Shown piece by piece: positions 20,570 through 31,413 of a stretch of DNA of 64,000 bases. A program made the translations under genes and the position numbers. The notes beneath the pieces were generated by a model. That model saw only the letters and a list, made by a program, of their open reading frames with translations. It ran no database searches and had not been told where the DNA came from. Numbering within the stretch: the stretch's first letter is position 1; each line of letters begins with the position of its first letter. The stretch comes from a virus (lineage: Duplodnaviria > Caudoviricetes), in the IMG/VR virus record IMGVR_UViG_2600255075_000001, positions 32,001 through 96,000 of that record. The stretch is one strand, 5' to 3'.

Positions 20570-21274
20570 CTAACTCAATTCGTCAGGAGTGTTTATAAAT
20601 TGAATAAATTGCTTGCCTAACGCAGATGTTCTAGAGGCGACCATTCCGCTACCACCCATTATAGTATGCAAATCGCTTGAGTCTTTACTAATAAGTCCTC
20701 TATTGTACAAATCGCTCATTATCAGTTTCGTAAATTCTAGTTCGCCTGATAACTGCGGATAATACTGAAAAATAACTAGCCCAATACTTCCCTTATCTAA
20801 ATCTATTGAGTGCCCAGCCTTTTGCAAATTTTGTTTTGGATCATTGAGAAAGAATAAAATTTTTAAATGCCATTCATTAAATGAATCAATAAAAGATAAA
20901 AACATTTGTTGTCGATTTTCATCAATTGAATTAGTAAGCGCTGAATTGCTGACCGCGTTAAGTAGTGCTGCACGTTTTTCAATTTGATGAGTCCTGATTG
21001 ATATATTTATAGCTTGTAAAACAACGCTCAAGAAAGCTTCATTGTTAGATAAGGAATAGATGTCAAATGTCTCGATTTTATTATTTAGTTCATTCAGTCT
21101 TTGGTCCAACATAACCAATATATTCTCTTTTCTTTTTTCTGCCGGGGACGTAACAACTAAACCGAAGTATTCCGATAAAAATCCCCCAACTGCAGGGATA
21201 GCCGAAATTGTGCTTTTGATTGTTGCGTGAACAATATCGCCTTTAGTGTTTTTAAAATTATCATCAATACTCAC
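20570..21274 (-). CDS. Hypothetical protein (possibly Abi/defence-associated)
   Basis: 234-aa ORF with IPAVGG and a wHTH-like C-terminus. Confidence 0.55.
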   Translation of the reverse strand: MSIDDNFKNTKGDIVHATIKSTISAIPAVGGFLSEYFGLVVTSPAEKRKENILVMLDQRLNELNNKIETFDIYSLSNNEAFLSVVLQAINISIRTHQIEKRAALLNAVSNSALTNSIDENRQQMFLSFIDSFNEWHLKILFFLNDPKQNLQKAGHSIDLDKGSIGLVIFQYYPQLSGELEFTKLIMSDLYNRGLISKDSSDLHTIMGGSGMVASRTSALGKQFIQFINTPDELS

Positions 21275-21517
21275 TTAATTCACCCTCGTAATAAATAAGA
21301 TTATACAAACTATGTTCTTGCTGAATTTCCTCTCCATTCAAGAGCAGTTTTCATTACACTGTTCCTGTCATCCCATAATGCTATAATAAATCTACGTAGT
21401 AAATCATTTTCTCTCATGAGTCCGTATATTTCATCCATCTCTTCAGTGGTAAATCTGTTTTCGGGTTTAATTTCCGTGAACATAAATGAACTCCTCAATA
21501 AAACCGCTATTTTCAAC

Positions 21518-21973
21518 TTATTGACCGGTAATTAATTTAAGCAATTTTCTTTGTTGTTCTAAGGATAAATTTTGAAACATGCATGTGCTAATTTTCTGTA
21601 ACAAAATGGGTTCAATTGTGCAGACGATATTTTTATACTCTTCTTGATAATCTGACCTACTTTTTAAACAAGGAATAAGTGAATTGATATGATAATGGTT
21701 AACAATTGCATTTAGTAAAACAGTTATAGATACTTTGCCCATGTTACGCAATCTATAGATATATGAGAACTTGACGTTCATCACGTTTTCAAGGTTGCAA
21801 ATTCCACCTCTACGTAACGCGTTAATAACTCTTGTTTCTCTATTTGCCCCTGGATTCACAAATAGATCTTCTACAGGCGTCTCGTTTCTAAAGTCATCCT
21901 TTATATCTAGAAGATTCATTAAAGGTTGATCAATATTTTTTATTAAATAATCAAGAGTGATTGGAGTAGACAT
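21518..21973 (-). CDS. RNA polymerase alpha-CTD-like domain protein
   Basis: TRVINALRRGGI..L......IYRLRNMGKVS matches the alpha-CTD HhH pattern. Confidence 0.65.
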   Translation of the reverse strand: MSTPITLDYLIKNIDQPLMNLLDIKDDFRNETPVEDLFVNPGANRETRVINALRRGGICNLENVMNVKFSYIYRLRNMGKVSITVLLNAIVNHYHINSLIPCLKSRSDYQEEYKNIVCTIEPILLQKISTCMFQNLSLEQQRKLLKLITGQ

Positions 21974-22018
21974 GTTCTCTTCCCCTATTCAAAAATTTAG
22001 CCGCGGATATCTCTAATA

Positions 22019-22336
22019 CTACTGTTCAATTGGAATAATAAAACTACCCTGATCTCTAAACATCTGATCAATCTCATAAACAATTTTAGTGTTTCTCGAT
22101 ACTCGGCTCCAGTTTTGAACAAGTAACTCATTAATACCTTGGTTTTTCATTTCATCAAGAATATTCTCAAACCGATCACTCCGCTGGTTTGCCGAGATTA
22201 CATCTTTGAATACGGCAATGACCCGTTTGTCATTGTCCTCGGCAAACTGTTTGCATCCCACAATCTGTTTACCTAGTTTCTCTTCTGCTTGTTCTTGTGT
22301 TCCAACTCTTACATATATCATAACAGAATTACTCAC
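22019..22336 (-). CDS. Serine recombinase catalytic-domain-only protein with the nucleophile replaced
   Basis: IYVRVGT (canonical YxRVST) and SRVSRN motifs; no DNA-binding domain. Confidence 0.7.
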   Translation of the reverse strand: MSNSVMIYVRVGTQEQAEEKLGKQIVGCKQFAEDNDKRVIAVFKDVISANQRSDRFENILDEMKNQGINELLVQNWSRVSRNTKIVYEIDQMFRDQGSFIIPIEQ

Positions 22337-22391
22337 TATACACCTCTCCTTGTCCGATGAAATTGACCTTTTATCTCTATATCATAATGCT

Positions 22392-22625
22392 GCTTCAATC
22401 CACGCACTCTTGTAGAGTGCGGCATCAAATGAAGACTTTTCTGAATCTAAATGGAGATTTCAATCCACGCACCCGTAAGGGGTGCGACATTATATGATGC
22501 ATATGAGCCTAAAATGTATGAACGTATTTCAATCCACGCACCCGTAAGGGGTGCGACGTAACCAACACATTGTTTAAAAAACCAATACAGAGTATTTCAA
22601 TCCACGCACCCGTAAGGGGTGCGAC
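22392..22625 (-). CRISPR. Cas-less type I-C mini CRISPR array: 4 repeats, 3 spacers (33, 37 and 36 nt)
   Basis: Three identical 32-nt repeats GTCGCACCCCTTACGGGTGCGTGGATTGAAAT (22457, 22526, 22594) plus a variant terminal repeat at 22392-22423. Confidence 0.95.
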
Positions 22626-22800
22626 TCCGTTTCCCAACCAATATAGGGTCTAAAACGGCATTCTACTAATATTAATAAAGAGTTTAATTTTTATAATCCC
22701 TAGTTAAATTACCGTATAATGTTTAAACACCCATATATCTAGATGAAATTTGGTGCGAATCCCCCAGGGATATCATGCTCGCTTCCCATTCGCACTTCCT
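22626..22800 (-). promoter_or_regulatory. CRISPR leader
   Basis: AT-rich stretch plus GTGCGAATGGGAAGCGAGCATGATATCCCTGGGGGATTCGCAC, an inverted motif typical of Firmicutes I-C leaders. Confidence 0.7.
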
Positions 22801-22823
22801 TCCGTTATTTTTTAATATTAACC

Positions 22824-23117
22824 CTACTTACCGGCATACTTGCTGATTCTGACTTTGTGTGTATACTCATTATAAAGATAACCTCGTTCAGGAGATATAC
22901 CAATTAGTTCTGGACGCTCTGTGTACACCTCATCTAATGTTCTATCTTCTCTACCAACAGCAGACATGCTCTCTATCTCGATAGGGTACTTGGAAAATAA
23001 CGCTCTGACAATCTCTTCAGCGTGTTCTTTATTTTTTGCAAACACAATTCCTTCAAATTTTGATCCCGCTTTTCTACTATTAATTTTATGAAAATAACAG
23101 TGCACTGAATATATCAT
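22824..23117 (-). CDS. Hypothetical protein upstream of the CRISPR leader
   Basis: 97-aa ORF with an AAAGGAG RBS. Confidence 0.65.
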   Translation of the reverse strand: MIYSVHCYFHKINSRKAGSKFEGIVFAKNKEHAEEIVRALFSKYPIEIESMSAVGREDRTLDEVYTERPELIGISPERGYLYNEYTHKVRISKYAGK

Positions 23118-23171
23118 TAGTTTATAGTTCTCCTTTTGCCATTATCGAACAAGTAGATCATCTAATAAAAG

Positions 23172-23591
23172 TCAGTTTTCATCGACTGTACGATTCATAT
23201 ACAAGTCCATTCTAAGCATGTTGAAGATCGCCGAATCACACCTTTCTCCGCTGTATTTTCTGCAAAAACCAAGTAGCAGCGCTTCATCAAAAGTACTTCT
23301 CGACTCATTAAAGAACTTATTATCAACTACGGGGTAAAAAGCTGTTTCTTTACCTTTATTCAATCTCACTTCTGCTTCAACAATCGCTAAATCTTCACTA
23401 ATAATTGTTGTGTTAACTACGCTCCTATAGTCTTTTACAATTAGCTTCTCTATGGATTCCTCTTTCTCCCTTTGTTCCAAAAATGATTTTGCCATACCGT
23501 ATATACGAGATAACTGAAAGCGTCCAGTATCCTTCATTGCCAGCTCTTCAAAGAATTTAGGGATCTCTTCGAATGATAAGTCTTTTAACAT
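23172..23591 (-). CDS. Hypothetical protein
   Basis: 139-aa ORF with an AAGGAGGT RBS. Confidence 0.65.
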   Translation of the reverse strand: MLKDLSFEEIPKFFEELAMKDTGRFQLSRIYGMAKSFLEQREKEESIEKLIVKDYRSVVNTTIISEDLAIVEAEVRLNKGKETAFYPVVDNKFFNESRSTFDEALLLGFCRKYSGERCDSAIFNMLRMDLYMNRTVDEN

Positions 23592-23926
23592 TAAACTACC
23601 TCCTTGGATATTATTCTTATGAAATTCAAGTTTTATCAGTTTTTAATAACTCAGCAAGTTTATAAATGTCTTCCTTGAGGAGGACCAACTCGCATAATTT
23701 CTTCTCCTTTTTATCTGCACCAAGGGTCATGACATTCGCAATAAAGTCTTTTTCATGCGAAGTATTTACAATTTCCATCCATCTTGGGGATACTTCACAA
23801 ATCAAAGCTTTTGCGCCCAGTTCATTCTTCTTTCTTTGATAAAAACCTACTGGAAATCTGATAATATTATCATCCATTTTAGGCCCTCCTAACTCCAAAA
23901 AAATAAAACTAGTATTTTATTGGTTA

Positions 23927-24418
23927 CTACCGTCTCTGAATTTCTTGCATTTTAACCTTACCAATAATAATCATTTCCTGAAATGCTCTTCCCTTTACTT
24001 GGACATCATCTTGAAACTTTCCCTTATCCCAAAAGAGTGCAATTTTCGCAAGTTGATATAATACATAATACTTCTTACAAACTAAAAGACCAACGACTAT
24101 TAATATATTGAAAAACAGTAGAACCGCTACCAATACTAAACTCGGAATACTTGTGGATATTGGAATATTTACAATAAACTGCTGTAAAAAGCCTAGAGAG
24201 AGCGCAACTGTACCAGCAACTCCCGAAGCTTTTTGATCAAGGAGGTTAAGAAACAAACTTGGATTATAATTAAAAAATGTTCCACTTTCTTTACGAAGAT
24301 CATCGAAGCTTTTTGAGAAAAATGCAAATCCTAAAAAAATTACACCAACAAGATCCATAATTAGGCCAAAAATAGACCAAATATTTGCAACAGTAAAATG
24401 ACTCAAATCAACATTCAT
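23927..24418 (-). CDS. Membrane protein
   Basis: Three hydrophobic segments. Confidence 0.6.
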   Translation of the reverse strand: MNVDLSHFTVANIWSIFGLIMDLVGVIFLGFAFFSKSFDDLRKESGTFFNYNPSLFLNLLDQKASGVAGTVALSLGFLQQFIVNIPISTSIPSLVLVAVLLFFNILIVVGLLVCKKYYVLYQLAKIALFWDKGKFQDDVQVKGRAFQEMIIIGKVKMQEIQRR

Positions 24419-24998
24419 TTTTTCCGATCCTTTTGATTTATTTTATTGTTGAAGCCAGTCTTTTATCCAATTTTTATGTAGGTACTCAGCGTCTCAGTAA
24501 GCCACCTTGTGCCACCAGTTAAAAGGCTGCTAAATACTCCTGGATTCTTGTAAAAGTACAAGCATGTTGTCAATCCAATAAATCCCAAGATAATCTTATT
24601 TCGATTAGGCATTCTGTCTCCTCCGCTTCTTATGGGATGCCCTACAACTTATAATTCTTCAGAATCATAACCAATCATGCCATCATTCCTCATAAAACCA
24701 ATCCATTATTTATTTTCAACATACTCATCGACGCGTTTTCTAAACTCTTCATTGTCTCTATATTCAAAACACGAAGAGACAACCATTTGAATTATACTTT
24801 CCCTTGTCATCTCGCGAATCTTCTCGTCGGCCATAACTCCATCAGAAAAGGTTTTGGCATTGCTCAGCACTGAATCAAAGTCATATCTAACTCTACTCAC
24901 AAAACAACCCTCCATCTAAAATCATAAAATCTCCATTTTATCTTCTTCTTTAGAGCTCTTTTTTAGCTTCCATCCACAAGTAAATTATTTTTATATTC

Positions 24999-25481
24999 CT
25001 ATCTGTTTCCCATCACTTGCCACGCAGCACTAGATGGTGTGTAAATTTTTTTATTATCCCCATCTCTGCACCACACAACAAAATGCTCACAATTATTAAA
25101 TACTAGATTATAGCCTGTTGTATACAATTTACTATATGCTTTTTGAATTGCCTCCTCCCGGCTGCAATTCAATGGGCTGTTTCTTATTTCAATTGCTTTC
25201 CCATTTTTAAAAGTCTCGATTGTATCCATTTGTATAATTCCTAAGCCATCTACCTTTGTGAAATGAATCACCATTCCATCACCTATATAGATTCCATGAT
25301 GAATATATCCGCAAAAAACCGAAATGTGATCTCCTTTTACTATTTCAGGGTCCTTACCAAAGAATGCATGTATCGCTTTATATGGCGCAGCCTGAGAGCT
25401 TTCAACAGCATTGATTGTTGTTCTTGTCACTCTTTCAATTGCTTCGCTCAGTAAGGTTAAAGTATACTTCAAGCAAAACAC
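24999..25481 (-). CDS. LRAT family (permuted NlpC/P60) protein
   Basis: HHGIYIGDGMVIHF and YNLVFNNCEHF motifs. Confidence 0.85.
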   Translation of the reverse strand: MFCLKYTLTLLSEAIERVTRTTINAVESSQAAPYKAIHAFFGKDPEIVKGDHISVFCGYIHHGIYIGDGMVIHFTKVDGLGIIQMDTIETFKNGKAIEIRNSPLNCSREEAIQKAYSKLYTTGYNLVFNNCEHFVVWCRDGDNKKIYTPSSAAWQVMGNR

Positions 25482-25551
25482 CCCTTATAAAATCAGTTTT
25501 TTATTAGATTGTTTAGCACTGCGCTTCCGCGGTTATCAATATGTTAGTTTC

Positions 25552-26310
25552 TTATTTGTTTTTTATCCGGGAAATACTGATACTCTCCTTAATCTCTTTC
25601 CAAACCTGCTCCATGACTATCTGTGGATGAACTGAATTAATTTCTTTCTCTTCATCACTTAAAGTTTGCTTGAACCTTAACCACTGTTTACTGAGGTATG
25701 CCAATCTTAAGTCCCTGTTAGTGCATCCTCTAAATTCATCATCGTTTCGTAAATGTTCTATCCATTTTCCTTGAACTTTTTGCGTAATCTCTTCAGTATA
25801 AATTACTCTATTTTGTTCGAGTTTATTTATTTCTTCTATGCCAAACTTCTCTTCAATCAATTCGTCTAAAGAATAAAATAATTGAGAATCCCATATAGCA
25901 CCCTCATCATTCAAGAAATGGTCAATGCTCATGTAATATGTACTTAATATGACAACCACTGAAACCTTATATGTTACATCCACAGGTATATCTTCAATAA
26001 CTTTATTGTACTCATCTACTATATTAGTAATTTTCAACTTCACTTCATTACCGCTTGTTTTATACAAATGATTCTTAATCAAATCCTCGTATGAAATAAG
26101 TGAACTTTGAACTTCATCCATTGTGAGTTTTGATTCAGTGATAAATACTGGGTAGTTTCCCCTTTTTGCTAAAAGAAATAATTTAAGGAAATTTTCCTTA
26201 GAGCTACTAATAGAAATATTAACTCTTTCGATTTCATCAGGGTCTAATTCATTGATAAAATATATTATCTCATTTTCATTTGCAAATTTAATAATATCTT
26301 CTAAAAACAT
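25552..26310 (-). CDS. Hypothetical protein
   Basis: 252-aa ORF. Confidence 0.6.
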   Translation of the reverse strand: MFLEDIIKFANENEIIYFINELDPDEIERVNISISSSKENFLKLFLLAKRGNYPVFITESKLTMDEVQSSLISYEDLIKNHLYKTSGNEVKLKITNIVDEYNKVIEDIPVDVTYKVSVVVILSTYYMSIDHFLNDEGAIWDSQLFYSLDELIEEKFGIEEINKLEQNRVIYTEEITQKVQGKWIEHLRNDDEFRGCTNRDLRLAYLSKQWLRFKQTLSDEEKEINSVHPQIVMEQVWKEIKESISISRIKNK

Positions 26311-26335
26311 ATTCCCTCTCTCTTTCTTGATGAAA

Positions 26336-26863
26336 TCAGACTTTTATTTGCTCGGCCAACTCTTTAAATTTCAGTAATAATTCTCTTGAATGCTCTAGTT
26401 GTTCTTCTAAAACGCCGTTGCTGCCTTCGATTTTAAAATGAAGTCCATTTATAATCCAATCAATCGACACACCATAGATAGAAGCAAGTTTAGATATGGT
26501 CAATAAATCGGGCTCACTAACATTGTTTTCATATCCGCTTATGGTTTTGTTATTTATACCTGAGAGCTGGGAAACCTCTCTTTGAGACAGTCCTTTAAGT
26601 TCTCTAGATTTTTTAAGTCTAAGTGATATTTCCTCTTTCTTAGGTGCCACTATTTTTTCTTCTTTTAATTGACGGCCAAACAAATAATCTAGCGTAACAT
26701 TGTAGAAATCAGCTACTTTAATTATAAATTTAAAATCAGGCTCTCTAATATCGTTTTCGTATCCTTAATACGTAGTACGAGCGATATTCAAAGTTTTTGC
26801 AAGATCGCCCTGTGATAAACGTATTGATTCTCTTAAATATCGAAGTCTTTCGCCAATCGACAT
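26336..26863 (-). pseudogene. Tandem XRE-HTH regulator with an in-frame TAA at codon 33 (26765-26767)
   Basis: MSIGERLRYLRES...ARTTY*GYENDIREPD...DYLFGR continues in frame into a second intact XRE domain. Confidence 0.8.
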
Positions 26864-27361
26864 GTATTCACCTAATCTAAAAGAATATTATTTTATTCAC
26901 TCATCAACTTCAATCAACAACCCTACAGTTACACTGATCGTTTCACCGGCATCAAATTCTACGTAGGCTGCGTCAGTTTCTGAAGTGAATCCATCAAATT
27001 CGTACTGAAGGAAAAAGCCAGTTCCTAATCCAATATGTCTCACTCGATCTCCACGATGAAATATCAAAAAGACCAGCCCCTATGTAGTTTGAAAACTGTT
27101 ATATACATTATAATACGTTTCCAATATCTAGTATATCATATAATAATAAATTATATTCTTATACTTTTATTTTAATTATTTTCCCAAACTACCTCTTTAG
27201 TTACATTGTCAATTATCCTGTAACCGACTGGACAAAATAGTTTGAGTGCTTCGAGATCTTCGCTATCTTTTATTCGCTGCCAGTATTCGATTCCTGCTTT
27301 ATCATCCCGTCCGTCATAGCGTTGCAGACAGTATCTCTTCACTTCGTTTTCCATCTCCTTA

Positions 27362-27667
27362 TCAAGCAGTTTGGAGCGCTAGATACTTTTGCATAGATAA
27401 TTCGGTTACCTGGTCTAAGAACCATTTCTCTTCAACAGGATTCAACTCTCGTGGTGTTATATAGGTGTCGCTGTTATTGCAATAAATATCCGTGCGCCAT
27501 CCGTTACCCTGTTGCTTAAAAGTAAAGGTGAGATCTCCCCATATTAAGTCTTTCTCATTTAGGACTTTAACTGCTTCCTCTTCCGTCAAACCATCGTTTT
27601 GCTTCACGAGAAGGTTTTTAAAATATTCATACTCTAAAAATCTTCTTTTTATCATTATTAACACCAT
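27362..27667 (-). CDS. Hypothetical protein
   Basis: 101-aa ORF. Confidence 0.55.
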   Translation of the reverse strand: MVLIMIKRRFLEYEYFKNLLVKQNDGLTEEEAVKVLNEKDLIWGDLTFTFKQQGNGWRTDIYCNNSDTYITPRELNPVEEKWFLDQVTELSMQKYLALQTA

Positions 27668-27684
27668 CCTATATATTTTTGTTT

Positions 27685-27936
27685 TTAAGAATTGTCTTCT
27701 TCAAGTACTTGATTGCACACTTCTACGCATTCATTACAAATAACAACTCGTCTGGCAGCAATCATTTTATTTAATTCGCTTTGAAACTTACCACAAAAAT
27801 CGCATTGCAACTCATTCTCGATACTTGGGAAAACAAGAAGTTCATCATACTTTTTAGCTTTTCTCATAATCTCATGCATCGCCTTAACACCTATATTCGA
27901 TTCGCTCATACCCAATCTCTCCCTTATATAATTCAC
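27685..27936 (-). CDS. ClpX C4-type zinc finger protein
   Basis: CDFCGK...MIA....ICNECVEVC. Confidence 0.8.
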   Translation of the reverse strand: MNYIRERLGMSESNIGVKAMHEIMRKAKKYDELLVFPSIENELQCDFCGKFQSELNKMIAARRVVICNECVEVCNQVLEEDNS

Positions 27937-28930
27937 TTTTTATCGTCCATTTGCTCTTGTTTCAAATATTCGGCTGCAGGCGTCCCATTGCTCCAATCAT
28001 AATTCTCAAGAAAATCAAATTGCGATTTACAGTGCCATCCATTCTCAAACATTTGTCTGTGATGCCTTTCTCTTTCTTCTACATCATCATATTTATATAA
28101 TTCCCGTTTGATTATAGACTCATGATATTTAATCATTATTTTGTAGTTCCCTCCTTATGAAATCTGCTTTTTTTGCTATTTAGGTTGAACAAGCATTCCA
28201 CCACATTCAGGCTCTTCGCCTTCAAGCCATCCTATAATGCGCTCAAACATCGATCTATAACTACCCCTAAAATCAAAAAGTACATCATCAAATCCAATAC
28301 TAAAACAACGGCCATCTCTCAAATCCCAATTCGGACAAACATATTTGATATGCCTACAAATTCTGTTTCGATTTTTACTAAGTCTACCGAACCTGTGACT
28401 GTCCCATATTTTACTCATAATTATTTTGTATTCATCAACTGTTAGCGATTCGCTACAGATTACTTCTGGAATATTACCCATGATTATTGATCGTCCTTTC
28501 GTTTTTGTGAATGAAATTGCTTTTTCATTTCTCGTTGCTTCTTCTAGTCTATTCTATTTGTTTGTAACCTTAATAATGATTTGCTGCGACTCAAGGATGA
28601 TACTTAGTTCTGTCTTGCCATAACCCGAACTAATGGACACTCTCTTGTCACTCTCATCTAATCCAAAGTATTCAGTTATTTTATTTTTACTATTATTGAT
28701 TGACTCAAGATCGCTTGTTAAGTTAGGGAATGTTAATGATACAGTCATTGCTGAATCGCTGCCACATGAGACAAATGACCAAACTGAGCCGGTTCCTTTA
28801 TTGATCTCGTCTAGTAGATTTGAAAGTTTGCCAAGCTGGAATATTGATGGAGTTTGCATTTATATGTCTCCTTTCGGTTCGCCGATTATTTAAAAGCTCC
28901 GTAACAATTAGGTTGGGCTGTTATATCAAT

Positions 28931-29287
28931 TTATAGTTCACTACCATCCCACGGATAACAATTGGTATTATTTATGATTTGAGGCTTTACCCCAAAGTAA
29001 TGGTACTCTGGCTCCAACTCTTCGTCTTCATAAGCTGCGGCCCACTCCGAAGCGATATTACTTGGATTGCTCGTTTCGACCAACTTAATTTCAACGGTTC
29101 CTACATCTAACAGATGATCGCCACTACTGCACTTAGGACATTTAATACCATTTCCATTTGAATCAACTATGTTACATGAAAAATGTAAACTACATTCAAT
29201 ACAGTACTGCAGTTCATCGTAGAATATGTGACCAATGATCTTCTCATCATAGTGCTGGATAATTCGTATAGGCATTAGTTTCCCCAT
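28931..29287 (-). CDS. Zinc-ribbon hypothetical protein
   Basis: CIEC and CPKC motifs. Confidence 0.55.
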   Translation of the reverse strand: MGKLMPIRIIQHYDEKIIGHIFYDELQYCIECSLHFSCNIVDSNGNGIKCPKCSSGDHLLDVGTVEIKLVETSNPSNIASEWAAAYEDEELEPEYHYFGVKPQIINNTNCYPWDGSEL

Positions 29288-29624
29288 ATAATCCCCCCTG
29301 TTGAATTTACTTTTTAATATTTATTTATGCTCACCCAGTCGCAATCTTTGTTCTAAACATTTGCTCTGTTTTGAGTCAAAATCCTCAGCGCGCGCGCGAT
29401 CTAAAATGATTTCTAGAGAATCCATCGCAGCCGAGAAGCCCTTCTTTTCTTTAGGTAAATTGCATTGCAGCTTATTGATTGCCATTCTTTGCAATTCAGA
29501 CTCTAGAGTACTCGGTAAACATGATACCCATACCTTACATTGAAAGTCTTCCCCTAGATTGAGAGTTACCCATTTACCATACATTTCAGTTCATCCTCCC
29601 TCCTATAAAATCGCTCTTTTATTG

Positions 29625-30188
29625 TTAAGTCAGGCAAGCCATAGACTTAGCGATAATCCTCTTGTCTGATTCTATTTGCTTCATCACTAGTTCCTGTTCT
29701 TCAAATTCAATTTTGATTTCAGCCATTCTTTGTTCGATTTCCTTCTTAACTTTAATAGATCTTGTTTTATATAATTTAAGATTTAAATTAGCTAACTCTA
29801 TATCATTGTATAATTTTGTTTCTTTTATTTTCTTATACAATGTATTTTCTAGCTTTGTTAACCTTCTTATTTCAGATTGATAGAGTTTCACTAATTTATC
29901 ATGGAGAGGATTCTTTTTATCTAAATCTGGAATATGTCCTCTTTTATATTCTATTACCGTTATTACTGTAGTAAGGTCTTGTGAAAGAATAATTCCCTTT
30001 TTCCCAGAAGCGAACAGATGACTTCTGTTACCTTTATCGCAAGTAATTTCTCCTATGTATGTACCCGCCCTAATAATTGACTTACACATATTAATAATGT
30101 CGGCTTCATTCAACATCTTAAATCTTTCTTTTGCTCGTTGTATTGCATGAGGAGTAAAATCCAAAGCTTTTAAATTCACTTTGATCAT
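29625..30188 (-). CDS. Hypothetical phage protein (TPHAIQRAKER N-terminus, coiled-coil C-terminus)
   Basis: 187-aa ORF. Confidence 0.6.
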   Translation of the reverse strand: MIKVNLKALDFTPHAIQRAKERFKMLNEADIINMCKSIIRAGTYIGEITCDKGNRSHLFASGKKGIILSQDLTTVITVIEYKRGHIPDLDKKNPLHDKLVKLYQSEIRRLTKLENTLYKKIKETKLYNDIELANLNLKLYKTRSIKVKKEIEQRMAEIKIEFEEQELVMKQIESDKRIIAKSMACLT

Positions 30189-31413
30189 TCTTTCCCCTCC
30201 GGGACCAATTGATATTTATTTATAATTTCAATAGCTTTATTTTTAAAATTCTCACCTATATAAACTGTTTGCCAGCTATTACTTAACCCGATTAGATTTT
30301 CTTTTTTCAATTTTCTTAGAACGTCAGTATCGTAACCCCTCCAGCTTTCATTTCCACTTGCTGTTAAATGAATAAGTACAACAGTTAGATCTTCAATTAA
30401 TTGATCCATTTTTCACCTCATAAAAGACTTATTTCATCGTAATTGCTTCGACAATTAACCGACATGAATTATCATAATGTGCTTGGGCTAATTCCTTGCT
30501 TTTCTCTAAAGTGTGAACGTCTCTTCCAATATCTTTACCATCGAACCAGATCATATAAGTGTCATTATTTCCTTTAGAAATGAGATAATGACTTTTCTTA
30601 ATTCCGAAGTCAACCCATGACTCGTGTTTATGAATCGAAGTTGATTTAAATTCCAATTTTTTAAACATAATAATTCGTCTCCTATTCATATTCTGAATGA
30701 AATACTTCTTTCATTTGGCTATATTACTTTCCGATATTGATATCCTGTAGGTGAATTGCCCACATATTCAAAACAAAACTTTCGGTTAGCCAAATTAATC
30801 TCTGTTACTGCACCTTTTTGGAATCCAGATGATTTAAGTTGTTCTATGAAATTTGGATTATGAATTATATCTGGATCGCTCTTATCATCAATAACAATTT
30901 CAAAACGTTTCAGTTGATCTGGAAGTTCATTTACTTCTTCCCAATAGTCAAGTGCAATCAATGCTCCATTTCCAATTCCTGCTTCATTGCAAGCATTCGC
31001 AATATTTGTGCCGATTACATACTCTTCCTTGTCAAATCTCCAGACTAACTTATATATTTTCATTTACTACTCCTCCTCTGAATAAGCCGATAAAAGAATC
31101 CTTTCATCGTATTACATTAATTCCAAAATCATTTATCCATTCCAAATATCCAGAAGATGCTTCTTGTGCATAGATTAAGTTACATTTTGTTCCCTTCACA
31201 TCTAAGTAAGTCTTAGCCTTGTTTTCGGCCTCTTGCTTTGTTAAAGCTTCCACAGGCATTGCAGCTCCATCATATCCAACATGCCAAATCACATTGAAAC
31301 ATCTCCCCATGAAATAATCTTTTCATCGTATTAAATTCTGATTTTGCTCTTGAGTCCTAGCGAAACGTAATATAGGTGTATGCTCTTACATTTTTAAAGA
31401 AATCATTTGATTA

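Noticed and set aside
21518-23591. cas or anti-CRISPR genes flanking the array
   Set aside because: No Cas motifs are recognisable, and an Acr identity cannot be supported by eye.
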